Assembly (NCBI GenBank): GCA_965203305.1
Contig: OZ241874.1
Coordinates: forward strand, 1,968,976 to 2,032,975
DNA: 64,000 nucleotides
Direction of reading: 5' to 3'
Source: Rhodothermales bacterium
Lineage (GTDB): Bacteria; Bacteroidota; Rhodothermia; Rhodothermales; Bin80
Shown here: piece after piece, positions 47,416-57,458 of the stretch
Layout of the letters: every line of letters starts with the position of its first letter
How positions within the stretch are numbered: position 1 is the first letter of the stretch
Notes under the pieces: generated by a model
What the model saw: the letters and a program-made list of their open reading frames with translations, nothing else
What the model was told of the DNA's origin: nothing
Databases searched by the model: none
Position numbers and translations under genes: made by a program

Positions 47416-49740
47416 TTACGGACTGCTCTGCTCCATGTTGATCACAATCTGTGACGAAGTGGCATTAATCGTGTACTCTTGTTCCATGAGGATTTCCTTG
47501 GTTACCCGGTTTTGGATCTTTATGTCATAGGTTCCTGGCAAGAGCTGTGTAAAGAATGCACCGTCCCTGTAGACATCCAGTGTTCGCTCCATCCCCATGC
47601 CTGATACCTCTATACTCAGCACTTCATAGGCCGCCGGCCAGCCCGTCAGCTGTCCCTCCACCAGTGGAAGAAGTTGCAGGGGAATATCAATATATCGGGT
47701 CCTGCCAGCCTCGGCAACAAAAGCAAACTCATATCCGGTCGCCGGATAGAGCATCGGGTCCATGATAGACTCTGGTCGAATGGATACCGTGTAGGTTTCG
47801 TTTGGAGACAGATTCAGCGCACGAAACACGCCATCCATGCGGCGCAGGGGATGGCTGTGCAGATTGATCTGGGGCCCAGGGAGCGGATGCTCCGTATCAT
47901 CCAGTGTTCCGTTCAGATTCTGATCCACAAACACACGGAAGACTGCCTGTGAATTGTTCTGGACGATGGCACTGAAGCTCAGCCCCCTATCTATTCCGAC
48001 GGTCCCTCGTACCCTCTGCATCACACGCACATCATCTTTGGTCACTCTGCTGTTCGCTCCGATCCATGCCCAGTCTGTATTCAGCTGGAGGGACAGCCGG
48101 AGCTGTGACTGTCTCCGTCCCCTCCCCCGGTCTCCTTGCACAGCAAAAGACCATCTTCCATCAGAGACACGCAAGGAAGACCGATAGGCTCGTACCTTCC
48201 CGTCCTCCAGATTCACTCCACCGCTTATGAACACAAGACTCCGCCGGACCGAGCGTCTCCAGGAAACCTGCGGAGACATGGAGGGAAAGTCCGGCTGTCC
48301 TGCCAGCCAGCGTCCCGTAAGGGATGCTCCAATTCCGGACCGAGAATACCACCGAAGACTTGGAGAAATCTCTGTAGTGGGAGAAGCATTTGGAAATCTC
48401 CGATGGCTGATGGCACCGGACACGGACAGTTCGCGAAACTGGAACAGCGCGGTTCCGGTGAGAACATGATAATTATCTCTGTAGCGGCGATAGTCAACCT
48501 CCAGTCCACTTCGCCCCTGCCAGTGCCGGAGACGGGCAGATCCGGTCCCCTGTATGAGATCAGCATCTGCTTCGGCAACCACAGCAGGCAGAAGACGTGC
48601 GGTAACTCCGGCAATTCCCCGGTTCGGCTTGATTCCTCCTGTACCCCGGACGGTCAAAAAATTTGATACGCCGTAGGCAATTTCCATGGTGCCACGATCC
48701 GATGCGCGAAGATCATACTGCAACCGCCCGCGAGGCAGTGCACTGCGGGGGGTAAGGTAATACATAAACTCCGGCTCCATCGGATCTTCGCCCAGGGGTT
48801 CTACCTCTATGCTGGAACGTGTCGTGCCATAGAACAGCGGCAGACGCACGGAATACCGCCCTTCCCCATCCGCCTGTGTCTGGTCAGTTGGGGTGCCCCC
48901 TACTTTGGCACGAACAATTGCATGCGGGATGGTCTGGCCGCGTTGTGTCCGCTCCGCAAAAATGCGGGGCAGTACCAGAGGCTCGTTCGTCAGCCGAAGT
49001 GAAGGTGTTTGCTGGGAGTGTCTGTAGTCTACCTGAGCACGGGTGAGCCACGGGCGACCTGTCACAATCGTGTAGCTGGCCGTGGGGTTGCGACGGGAAA
49101 GATTGGCACGAACGACTCCTCCTGCCATCGCTGCCGTAGTCCGAACCTGCCCGGACCATGTGTGGCCGACCGTTCTGCTCCATGTGTACTGCAGGTCATA
49201 ATTCAGCTGCACCCCACCGAGCAAACTCCGCTCTCGCGGAAACAGAACCTTGGCAGGAGGCTCTGAGCCGAGCGGCCTCCGACTGCCGAATCTGGTCGGA
49301 TCAAAGAGAGAGGCAGCAGAGGAGATTCTAAGGGTCAGACCCGCTTCGTCCCATTCCATATCTGAACCAAATGCTGTTTGCAACGCATCTAGGGAGATCA
49401 GCATCTGTCCCTCTGCTCCTGTCATGGACTCCATGTCAGACATGCGCGGCTCTCTGTTCACCGTCAATGTGCCTGCGATTGCATCAAACGCCAGTACGCG
49501 TCTGGCATCCCTTGCAACCACCTGAGCCGAGTCTGCAGTCTGCACCTCATATCCGAGGATCTCTATCAGCTCTACAACATCAACCCAGAACAGCTCTCCA
49601 TCATTCCATGCCATCATGATGCCATTATATCTTGGAGCCTGGAGTGCGATAGGAACATCAAAGAGAATAGTCTGTGCTCGGACTGTCGTCGCCGGTGCGA
49701 GTGCACAGACAATACAGAGCAGCATGCCGTACCATCTCAT
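47416..49740 (-). CDS. Large outer-membrane protein, putative pilus usher
   Basis: 774 aa. Signal peptide ...APATTVRAQ. Immediately downstream of the chaperone-like and pilin-like genes. The usher call rests on context and size only. Confidence 0.45.
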   Translation of the reverse strand: MRWYGMLLCIVCALAPATTVRAQTILFDVPIALQAPRYNGIMMAWNDGELFWVDVVELIEILGYEVQTADSAQVVARDARRVLAFDAIAGTLTVNREPRMSDMESMTGAEGQMLISLDALQTAFGSDMEWDEAGLTLRISSAASLFDPTRFGSRRPLGSEPPAKVLFPRERSLLGGVQLNYDLQYTWSRTVGHTWSGQVRTTAAMAGGVVRANLSRRNPTASYTIVTGRPWLTRAQVDYRHSQQTPSLRLTNEPLVLPRIFAERTQRGQTIPHAIVRAKVGGTPTDQTQADGEGRYSVRLPLFYGTTRSSIEVEPLGEDPMEPEFMYYLTPRSALPRGRLQYDLRASDRGTMEIAYGVSNFLTVRGTGGIKPNRGIAGVTARLLPAVVAEADADLIQGTGSARLRHWQGRSGLEVDYRRYRDNYHVLTGTALFQFRELSVSGAISHRRFPNASPTTEISPSLRWYSRSGIGASLTGRWLAGQPDFPSMSPQVSWRRSVRRSLVFISGGVNLEDGKVRAYRSSLRVSDGRWSFAVQGDRGRGRRQSQLRLSLQLNTDWAWIGANSRVTKDDVRVMQRVRGTVGIDRGLSFSAIVQNNSQAVFRVFVDQNLNGTLDDTEHPLPGPQINLHSHPLRRMDGVFRALNLSPNETYTVSIRPESIMDPMLYPATGYEFAFVAEAGRTRYIDIPLQLLPLVEGQLTGWPAAYEVLSIEVSGMGMERTLDVYRDGAFFTQLLPGTYDIKIQNRVTKEILMEQEYTINATSSQIVINMEQSSP

Positions 49741-49743
49741 TGA

Positions 49744-50547
49744 TCATCGAACAATGATGACATCCTTGGGCTGCTGCAGGCGATTGTGTACTGATTCCGG
49801 AATTGACGACTCTTCATTGCGCAAAAACATCACACGTAATGTATCCGAAATCTCGCCTTTTACCTGGATGTCTGTGCGCCTTCGCGTAAAGACTGTTGTA
49901 ACAGCATCGCCGTAGGTCTCTTCGCGGTCCACGCTGCCCACCGTGACTCGCCCCGTCCATGGAAGTGTACCATCATTATGAAGCAGGATGGACAGTGTAC
50001 TGTCCTGCAGGGAGAGTATTTCTGGCCGGATCACCGGCTGTCCCTGCCCCTTAATAAATACAAGGGGAGCCACCAGAGTGTATTCAATCTGCACTCCGGC
50101 CGAGCTGGCTGGCACCTGCTCTCTCACTACCGGTGCACGCTGGTTCAGCTTGTAACTGACCATGCTCACATACCCGCCCGGCGGGAGGTTATCCGTGCTA
50201 GAGATGGCATAGCGTACCGTTTGGGTTTCCCCTGGGGGAATGATCATGCGGGGCGGGAAAATAGACAGATGCTCGGTCAGATCCAGCATGGGCGCGTGTT
50301 CTTCCCCGAACACAATCCCTGCCGATGCCCCGTCTGGTGGAGACTCAATCACGCCATAGGATACCGAAACGGAAATCTCGGCAAGCCGCGTTCCCGTATT
50401 CGAGATTCTGAAGTTTCCATATGGACGCTCACTGCTGAACCATGCGAACGAGGGGGACATGGAAACCGACAGTTCCCCCTCATCCTGGGCAAACGTTTTA
50501 TGACTAAACATCAGCACCGCCAAGGTACTGATCAGTAGCATACGCAT
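49744..50547 (-). CDS. PapD-like periplasmic pilus chaperone
   Basis: 267 aa. Signal peptide. IFPPRMIIPPGETQTVRY resembles the chaperone strand motif. Confidence 0.55.
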   Translation of the reverse strand: MRMLLISTLAVLMFSHKTFAQDEGELSVSMSPSFAWFSSERPYGNFRISNTGTRLAEISVSVSYGVIESPPDGASAGIVFGEEHAPMLDLTEHLSIFPPRMIIPPGETQTVRYAISSTDNLPPGGYVSMVSYKLNQRAPVVREQVPASSAGVQIEYTLVAPLVFIKGQGQPVIRPEILSLQDSTLSILLHNDGTLPWTGRVTVGSVDREETYGDAVTTVFTRRRTDIQVKGEISDTLRVMFLRNEESSIPESVHNRLQQPKDVIIVR

Positions 50548-50550
50548 AAT

Positions 50551-51072
50551 TTAGTTTCGTATAATATGGACGGACATGACTCCTTCATAGATCCCTGGGG
50601 TGGCTCCACTCACCGTAAGCAGTCCTCCGATTTGGAGTCGTGCACAACCGTCTTCTCCGATAGCTCCCTGAACCCTGAAAGGATCTATTGCCTGCGTGAA
50701 GCCACTGGCCTCGCATTTGGAGCTTTGTGCCACAAGCACAGAGTAGGTCGGTGATCGGGCTTCCCGGTTGGCTGAGTATAGACTGGTCGGGGGGGAGACC
50801 TGAACCATGTACGGATATCCCGGATCACCTGTAAGCAGTACGCTTCCCGTACTGTGCGGTCCGAACGCTAGTCCTCCACGCTCTCCGCTCGCCGGATCAA
50901 TCCGCACCTCCCCTGCATCACTGCCCACTTCTCCGAAGTTCAGATGGGTCGATGAAATGGACAACATCAATGTGGCCGGAATTATTTCTGCCTGAACCGC
51001 CAAACTGCCCTCCTCCTGCGCATAGAGCACCATCGGACACGCCAGCAAAAGAAGTAAAAGGAGTCTGATCAT
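50551..51072 (-). CDS. DUF4402/SCPU-like secreted pilin-like subunit
   Basis: 173 aa. Signal peptide, LNFGEV..AGEVRIDP, C-terminal IGGLLTVSGATPGIYEGVMSVHI pattern. Confidence 0.55.
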   Translation of the reverse strand: MIRLLLLLLLACPMVLYAQEEGSLAVQAEIIPATLMLSISSTHLNFGEVGSDAGEVRIDPASGERGGLAFGPHSTGSVLLTGDPGYPYMVQVSPPTSLYSANREARSPTYSVLVAQSSKCEASGFTQAIDPFRVQGAIGEDGCARLQIGGLLTVSGATPGIYEGVMSVHIIRN

Positions 51073-51577
51073 GATTCAAAGGGAGTCACAGAGGACATGT
51101 TCGCCCTCTCGGATAGCACTTCCCTCCGCCAGATATCAAAGGTGGTGAGCCCCTTCTGCTCCAGTGAGTTGGACATGGAGCAGATTCATAACTCTGCGAA
51201 GATGTCATGTTTTTTACTTTTCTCGTTGCATACACAGTTTCACTGCCTGCCATCACCCAGATCTGTCCCGGATACAACAGTCATACGTTGATCCCTGCTC
51301 GGATTTCTTGCATCAAAAGACAGAACCTTCAGGCCTGTTGGCAATGGGGTGCTCGTTACAAAGAAGTCTGGTAAAGTGTAATTATGTGGCACTGGAAAAT
51401 CATCACTCCCATACATGAACAAAACTCTGCAATTTCTATCGTCGGGGCAACAAGGCGAATCAGTGTGTTGTATGTTCACTTCACTTTCTCCTGCTTACGC
51501 CATATGCATCTTCATACTCTGAACGCAAGAAATGCATACGGAGTATCCAAGGTAGACTGTGCACCGTTACTGCCGAG

Positions 51578-52162
51578 CTATTCGGGACAGCTTGATGACA
51601 CACTGATCGTCGCAGAGTAACTCCCTTCATCCTGTGTATTGGATATCCCAGAGAGCGTCCCGCCGAACTGAAACCAATAGGTCACATTGTCCGAGGTAAT
51701 ATTTGGTTTATCAAAACTACTGGGGATCGTGGTCCATGGACCTCCAGTTTCTGTCTCAGAGCTCGCCCAGTTTCCGGCAAAGGTGATTTCAGGAGCAGTT
51801 GGACCAGTCCCTGAAGCAATTTCAGTGGGAAAAGTAACTGTGACCGTGACACTGCTGGTATTTTGAGGATTCACGGACATCTTACCAATAGTCCTGGTCC
51901 CACCACCAAGAAGCAGACCACCGCCGAGGGTGGGAGTGCCTCCACCATCTTCTGTAGACGAGTATGCCACCGTTCCTGCCGAACCGGTGTTCGGTCTCTG
52001 AAGGTTCCCGAAAGCAAGATCGGTTCCATTCGACAGTTCACATGTGCCGGGGGCTGACTCAATTGTAGCAGTGACATCAATGTTCTCACTGGAAGTCGCC
52101 TGTGCGAGGCTATTCTCAATGAGGAGAACCAAGAGCAGCGCGAGAATGGATAAGTATTTCAT
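51578..52162 (-). CDS. DUF4402/SCPU-like secreted pilin-like subunit
   Basis: 194 aa. Signal peptide, LAFGNL, C-terminal FGGTLSGISNTQDEGSYSATISV. Confidence 0.55.
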   Translation of the reverse strand: MKYLSILALLLVLLIENSLAQATSSENIDVTATIESAPGTCELSNGTDLAFGNLQRPNTGSAGTVAYSSTEDGGGTPTLGGGLLLGGGTRTIGKMSVNPQNTSSVTVTVTFPTEIASGTGPTAPEITFAGNWASSETETGGPWTTIPSSFDKPNITSDNVTYWFQFGGTLSGISNTQDEGSYSATISVSSSCPE

Positions 52163-52206
52163 TTTCTGTATAGAATCTTGTGTGTATTTCTGTTGAATGT
52201 GTATTG

Positions 52207-52623
52207 TTACCTGCGAGATTTACACGAATTTCGTGTCATTTCTCTATGTTGCATTGATGATGTGTCAGCTATCTTTCCGATCTCAATGGATCTCTCATCC
52301 GCCGCGATACTGGCATTGATAGTGAGGGATTGGACATGTGTAACGGATTTCCCACCGTGAAAAATTGTGCCAACATGACCGTTGACATCTGTCACCTTCT
52401 TATCAAAACTCAGTGGTCCACCACCACTGCCAGATACCAGAGTCATATACTCTCCGAAATCAACCCGTCCATCACCGAACAACAGGCAATAATAGCAAGT
52501 ACAGGAGATGCCAGAAGTGATGGAATGATGCATACCGTTTGCTACCGGACCAGATAGATTCCTGCCCCCGCTCACGGCCTTGGAAATCCCACTCTGAATG
52601 ACACAAGTCTTTAGAGTGCGCAT
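52207..52623 (-). CDS. Hypothetical protein, right-hand 'B' member of the duplicated overlapping pair
   Basis: Start at MRTLKTCVIQSG. Contains VSGSGGGPLSF...GHVGTIFHGG, loosely reminiscent of the trypsin-fold GxSGGPL region but without the Ser. Overlaps the upstream gene's stop by 13 nt. Confidence 0.4.
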   Translation of the reverse strand: MRTLKTCVIQSGISKAVSGGRNLSGPVANGMHHSITSGISCTCYYCLLFGDGRVDFGEYMTLVSGSGGGPLSFDKKVTDVNGHVGTIFHGGKSVTHVQSLTINASIAADERSIEIGKIADTSSMQHREMTRNSCKSRR

Positions 52624-53168
52624 GACCTCATCCTCCTCTTGCCGCTCTCGGTCCACGCTTCTTGACACTCGCTCGCATCGCGGTAATGGTATCCCGCATT
52701 CGGAGTTCTCTCTCCAAATGCGAGAGTTCCAAGAGCACTTCCATCACTCATCGCCAACGAATCGTATCCCTGTGTTTCCGAATAAACAGTACCTCTTTGT
52801 GGTCGGGGGAAAAGGCAGATGGTATCTCCTCGGCAGTCCTGCCCAACTGCATTCAGCAGGTTGTCCGCAACAAGTGCAAAGGATGGATCTCCATCTTGGA
52901 AGGGATCTGTTGGTACAGTTTCCCTTCCCTCACGAGCCTCATTACAGCGTTCGTGGTATCGTTGCCGACACCAAAATACCCAGTTGCTAAGCCTCAGGGG
53001 AGTGGACAGGATCAGTAGTTCCGACAGGATACTCCGCACGAACTGGAGAACTGTCGGCCCTACTGTAAGGGAAGCTATCCGGCCAAATGACTGACCTTCA
53101 GCAGGCAATCCAGGCGGAAGAGACAGGCGATACGATGCCGTAACAGACGAGTTTACCCCCCCCCCCAT
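52611..53168 (-). CDS. Hypothetical protein, right-hand 'A' member; start codon runs into a G11 tract
   Basis: ATG at 53168 is followed by G-run 53156-53166. SFGRIASLTVGPTVLQFVRSILSELLIL aligns with SFDRLIRPMVTLTDPMVMDQILSDLLIL of 46283-46954. No signal peptide in the current frame. Confidence 0.4.
   Translation of the reverse strand: MGGGVNSSVTASYRLSLPPGLPAEGQSFGRIASLTVGPTVLQFVRSILSELLILSTPLRLSNWVFWCRQRYHERCNEAREGRETVPTDPFQDGDPSFALVADNLLNAVGQDCRGDTICLFPRPQRGTVYSETQGYDSLAMSDGSALGTLAFGERTPNAGYHYRDASECQEAWTESGKRRMRSCAL
53156..53166. repeat. Homopolymeric C11 (G11 on the coding strand)
   Basis: cccccccccccat read directly from the sequence. The tract includes the G of the ATG. Confidence 0.9.
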
Positions 53169-53755
53169 TTTTTGACTTTTTTTAGGGTAAGGCAACGAGC
53201 AAAATCCCCTGGATTAAGGACTTTCATTGTCTTATGATCGTTTGCATACACCTGCCTCAGGGTACACGGTGGGCGTGAGTGAAACTATTATGCCAAATAT
53301 AGTCATAAAATCCGAACTTTTACGCGTCTCTCGCTGAAGTTGCTCCATTTTCTGAATCAGATTCTGTAATATAGTTGGAATCCAATACCTGTTGGGTCAT
53401 GTCTTATCCCGTTAACATTGACAATGTTCCTAGACTCTTACCAACAGCGTTTGCTTCGGAATATGCGTATATGGGCTGAAATTCCCATATTCATATCCCC
53501 GTAATGACTATTTACAAACTGATTTTGCACCTCAGCAAAGGCTACAAAAGATTTCGTTGAAATTTTGGCAATTTACCCACGCTTGAAAACAGCTATGGAC
53601 AGTATACCCGCAAAAACTCGTAAGGTTGTGTCACAGGCTTGACAGCATCCCTATACGGGACATCCCCTCGGCTGGATATACTAGGGCTGGTTTCATGCAA
53701 ACATGTCTCACTCTGCAAATATCTGGGATACACTGATGTCCTCCTCCAGTACACG

Positions 53756-53998
53756 TTATACCTTGCCCATGCCCGGCACCAGTTCTGCAAATTCATTCCA
53801 CCTTGCCTTCCACCGCGCGTTCAGCAATCTTATATCTTCCTCCTCATAGCCCTGACCCGTAACGCAGTAATCTTGAATGAATTTTTCAATTTTCCTCAAC
53901 TCCGCAAATGTGCTGGCTTCCTTAATTCGCTTATGAGCCTTCTCAACTGGATTCTCCATATTGCGGAGGTCAGGTGGAGGGTTATTTGACATGGCCAT
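53756..53998 (-). CDS. Hypothetical small protein
   Basis: 80-aa ORF with balanced composition. No family recognised. Confidence 0.35.
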   Translation of the reverse strand: MAMSNNPPPDLRNMENPVEKAHKRIKEASTFAELRKIEKFIQDYCVTGQGYEEEDIRLLNARWKARWNEFAELVPGMGKV

Positions 53999-54582
53999 TT
54001 TCTATGGTTTAGTGAATGATCATTGGGAAAGCAACATATTCTCTTATGCCGTACTATCAAACCTGCTTCAGTGGGGAGATGATTCCGGTGCGGAGGACAT
54101 CTGCCTCCTCAACTCCTTCAAATTGTCACCGCCCCTATAATCTCCAAAAGTATCTCTTCTGTTCCTGTCCATCCGTTTCTGTTTACGAAATATCCCACTC
54201 ACAATCGGATTATCCTTCCTGTTTAGATCATCCACAGTCTTGGACACATCAAATGCTCTGTTCTCCGCTTTATGAAGAGATGAGGCATAGTGGCTTCCGT
54301 CCCTTGAATACCCCTCGTCGGTAATATAATCTGACCATGTCCATGAAAACACAAATACTCTTATCCCCAGTGATCTTAGCTTCCATACCAAACGCTAGTT
54401 TGCCACAGCGTAGTTCAACAATCGGACATATCTCCCCTGTTCCCTTTTTTGGGATGATTTTTTCGTATTCCACAGGTTTCAGCGACTTCGCGGGTCAGAT
54501 CATGGTGGCTTTTCTCTTCGTTCTGCGCTGTTTTTCCGGCAAAGTACGCCGAGAGTCTGCCTGGTGAATCGCGGATGGGCAT

Positions 54583-54617
54583 AGCACTCCCCGCTCCCTG
54601 CGGAGTGCTGTTTTTTT
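54583..54617 (+). terminator. Rho-independent-terminator-like hairpin
   Basis: AGCACTCC (54583-54590) pairs with GGAGTGCT (54602-54609), 11-nt loop, then G + T7 (54611-54617). Lies 23 nt beyond the transposase stop but on the opposite strand. Confidence 0.4.
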
Positions 54618-54639
54618 CTCGGCAAGAATCCTGCCTGTT

Positions 54640-56508
54640 TCATGAATCAGGAGGCTTTTCCTCTTCGGGAAGCAGCGTACATTCTTTCGCTGGTGCTTTC
54701 TCTTCGGGACCATCCCGGCCCCGCTCCTCTCCCTTCGTCTTCTCGGGATCATACAGGATCCCCAGAATCCGAAAGATCTGTTGCACGAACGGGGTCAGAT
54801 CCTGATCCATCCGCGTGATCAGGTACCGCTGTCGGAGTTGGTGGAATTTGGTGATGATGCGCTGAATCTTGTTGAGGTGCTTCCGAATTGTACTCCAGCT
54901 GGACGGGATGCCCCGGGCCTTGAGCGGGATTCGGATCATCTGTGCAAAGCAGACCCCCAGCAGCGCAAGAAACAGATGCCCCTCAATCCGCTCGTCCTTG
55001 CTGTGATAAATGGGCCCCAGTCCAAACTCGGATTTCATGGAGCGAAAGACATGCTCCACCTCATACTGTCGCCAGTAGGTCTGGGCCACCTCCCGGAGAG
55101 ACCAGTCCAGATGACTGGTGCGGATCACATACCCGCCACAGGCCTGCATCCACGACGCATGCGCCGGAAGACGGGTCACCCGAATCGTGTCCGCATAGTC
55201 GGTCTCTTCGTTGCGAATCACCTCCACATCGTAGAGATATGCCACGTGCGGGTGATCGCGTTCCAGACGCGTCACCCGTCTCTGCACCGGAGCAAATTTC
55301 TTGACACACCCGGGTTTGGACAGTCCCTCCCGCAATTTGTCCAGCGCCTTCTCATACGCCTCACACCGCCGCTGCTTGATCTGCAACTCCGTCTTTGCCT
55401 TTGCCTCACTGTAAATGTACACGCGTCGTTCGCCATTCTCTTCGGACAGCTCCCACGCCTTGATCTGCCTTCCGCCCCCCGTCTCAAACCGGGCATCCGC
55501 AGGTCCCGTGGGAACAGGCGGCGTGCTGCTGCGCTCTATGCCGACCCAGTCAAAGCCCTTCTCCTGCATGAGGGCCACATTCCCATCCGTACAGATCCCG
55601 GCATCCATGACCAACGTCGAATCCTCGTCCCCCAGCTTCTCCAGAACACCAGCCAGGGTGCCCGGCTCGCTCACATTCCCCGGCAGAATCTCCATCCCGC
55701 AGGGCATCCCGTTCCCGCTCATGGACACCGAAAGAGACGTTTGCCGAAGATCGTTCCGCTTGTTCTTGCTCCGCCCGTGCCGCAGGTATTGTCCCTTCTC
55801 CTTCCCGTAATACGGCGTGTTGGTCAGATCATACAGAATGATCTTTCCCCCGAAAGGAAGCGTGGACTGTGCCCTCTCATAGAGCCACGAGAGAATCTCG
55901 TCCCGGTGCCGGTTCAGCAGATCCACCGTCCGGTACAGCGTGTTCAGACTCGGGGCAGGAAGATTCAGAAGCTCCAGAATGGCAGAGGTGGAGGTGAGCC
56001 AGTCATGGGTGTGCCGCTCGCTGCCCGGACTCAGCATCTTGCCAATGACCATCACATAGATCAGCTTCACCTGCTCTTCGGTACATCCCAAATCCAGCAA
56101 CAAGCAATCAAAGCCAACCCGATGAAACAGGGACAGGAGCAGACGCTCGCCCCCAACCGTACCGGAACCAGGATGCGAAATCCGAAGGAAACTCACCACA
56201 CGCTCTGCCGGCGTGCGAGGGGTTCCCACCTCACAGCCACGCTCCACCAGGTTTTGCGCAATCTGCTGAACCAGATCCCGAAAGAACGGGCGCTGTTCCG
56301 CAAAGTCCAGACGAGGTGCTCCGTCCATTTGTGCCTTCACATGAGCCCCAAAGACTTTGATCTCTTCCTCGGACAGATCCACATCTTTGCCGAGGCAAAA
56401 CAGCGTTTTTCGTTTGGGGATGCCGTTGACCCGTTTGCAGTAGGACAGATAGAATCGGAATCCTTTCTCTCCTGTCTTGAGGCGGTAAGGGGCTCGGAAG
56501 AGGAACAT
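54640..56508 (-). CDS. IS4-superfamily (IS1634-like) DDE transposase
   Basis: 622 aa. N-terminus YRLKTGEKGFRFYLSY. C-terminal YWRQYEVEHVFRSMKSEFGL (Y-R-E-K signature region). Terminal IRs not identified by eye. Confidence 0.7.
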   Translation of the reverse strand: MFLFRAPYRLKTGEKGFRFYLSYCKRVNGIPKRKTLFCLGKDVDLSEEEIKVFGAHVKAQMDGAPRLDFAEQRPFFRDLVQQIAQNLVERGCEVGTPRTPAERVVSFLRISHPGSGTVGGERLLLSLFHRVGFDCLLLDLGCTEEQVKLIYVMVIGKMLSPGSERHTHDWLTSTSAILELLNLPAPSLNTLYRTVDLLNRHRDEILSWLYERAQSTLPFGGKIILYDLTNTPYYGKEKGQYLRHGRSKNKRNDLRQTSLSVSMSGNGMPCGMEILPGNVSEPGTLAGVLEKLGDEDSTLVMDAGICTDGNVALMQEKGFDWVGIERSSTPPVPTGPADARFETGGGRQIKAWELSEENGERRVYIYSEAKAKTELQIKQRRCEAYEKALDKLREGLSKPGCVKKFAPVQRRVTRLERDHPHVAYLYDVEVIRNEETDYADTIRVTRLPAHASWMQACGGYVIRTSHLDWSLREVAQTYWRQYEVEHVFRSMKSEFGLGPIYHSKDERIEGHLFLALLGVCFAQMIRIPLKARGIPSSWSTIRKHLNKIQRIITKFHQLRQRYLITRMDQDLTPFVQQIFRILGILYDPEKTKGEERGRDGPEEKAPAKECTLLPEEEKPPDS

Positions 56509-57152
56509 GCCGTGGCGGTTTATCCCAAATTTTAAACCGCATATCCGGGGGTAGGTTCCCGGAAAAAAATACGGTATACTACAACGGGGTTCTGGAGAGC
56601 AAATCCGTAATAAATAAGGGAAAACAGGGCAAATACGAAAGTAATTACACCAAAACAGGCAAATAAGTGGAATTTCTAAGGCAAAATTGGGAAGAATTTC
56701 CGCGAAAATCGGATTTTTTAAGAATCATGGCGAACTTGCGCAAAGGAGTGAAGTTCCCGTCTCCCGCGACGAGTGCAATCACACTGCACCGACCGAGCAA
56801 AGTGAGTTAAAGGGCCTCACAGGCGAGGTCAATATCAACTCCCTTCTCTTTGTCTTGACTATTTCTGGGCTGGGTATGTGTTCTGATTCCCGCATCCAGC
56901 ATGGCTTTTTCCTGCCTCTATTCCTTGAGAATTTTGCCCCTGTCTTGGTTGGTCTCATACAAACGTATCCCCCCTGACAGCTTACATGGAGGCTTTTCGG
57001 ACGGATACTGAGATGGCGGCTCTCCACTAAACTTGTGGAACAGCCAATAATCTTACACCGATGTGAAGAGTGATAGAAAATTCTCATGAAACCAGAATCT
57101 GAGAGGTGCATACAAGCGGCCCTGTAGACTATAAAATAACGCACTATACATA

Positions 57153-57458
57153 ATGGGATTTTTCAAAAGTTCCAAGTTCAGAATTGTGTTCAGATGCGAA
57201 CACCCAGACGGTGACTATACGTATTCAGACGAATACTACTGTTCTCTGGGCACTCTTAAGAGTACTATCGCTGATGCCGCGGAATGTTGTAAGAGCAAGC
57301 AGGGCTACTCTTACGATGAAAACGCAAGATTGGAGTTGCGCACTGCGGAAGGTCCAATAATTGGTTCTATACCTTTATGGGCTGCGGAATTTGAATACAA
57401 TAACGATCTTGTGCAAATCTGCGAAAAAGTCAGGCTACATTTTGGGCTTGATGAGTAA
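57153..57458 (+). CDS. Hypothetical small protein
   Basis: 101-aa ORF. No family recognised. Confidence 0.35.
   Translation: MGFFKSSKFRIVFRCEHPDGDYTYSDEYYCSLGTLKSTIADAAECCKSKQGYSYDENARLELRTAEGPIIGSIPLWAAEFEYNNDLVQICEKVRLHFGLDE

Noticed and set aside
54781-56535. 584-aa plus-strand ORF, the longest plus-strand ORF in this region
   Set aside because: It lies exactly antisense to the IS1634-like transposase ORF. Its composition is Arg/Pro/His-rich and low-complexity with no motifs. It is a shadow ORF of the transposase.
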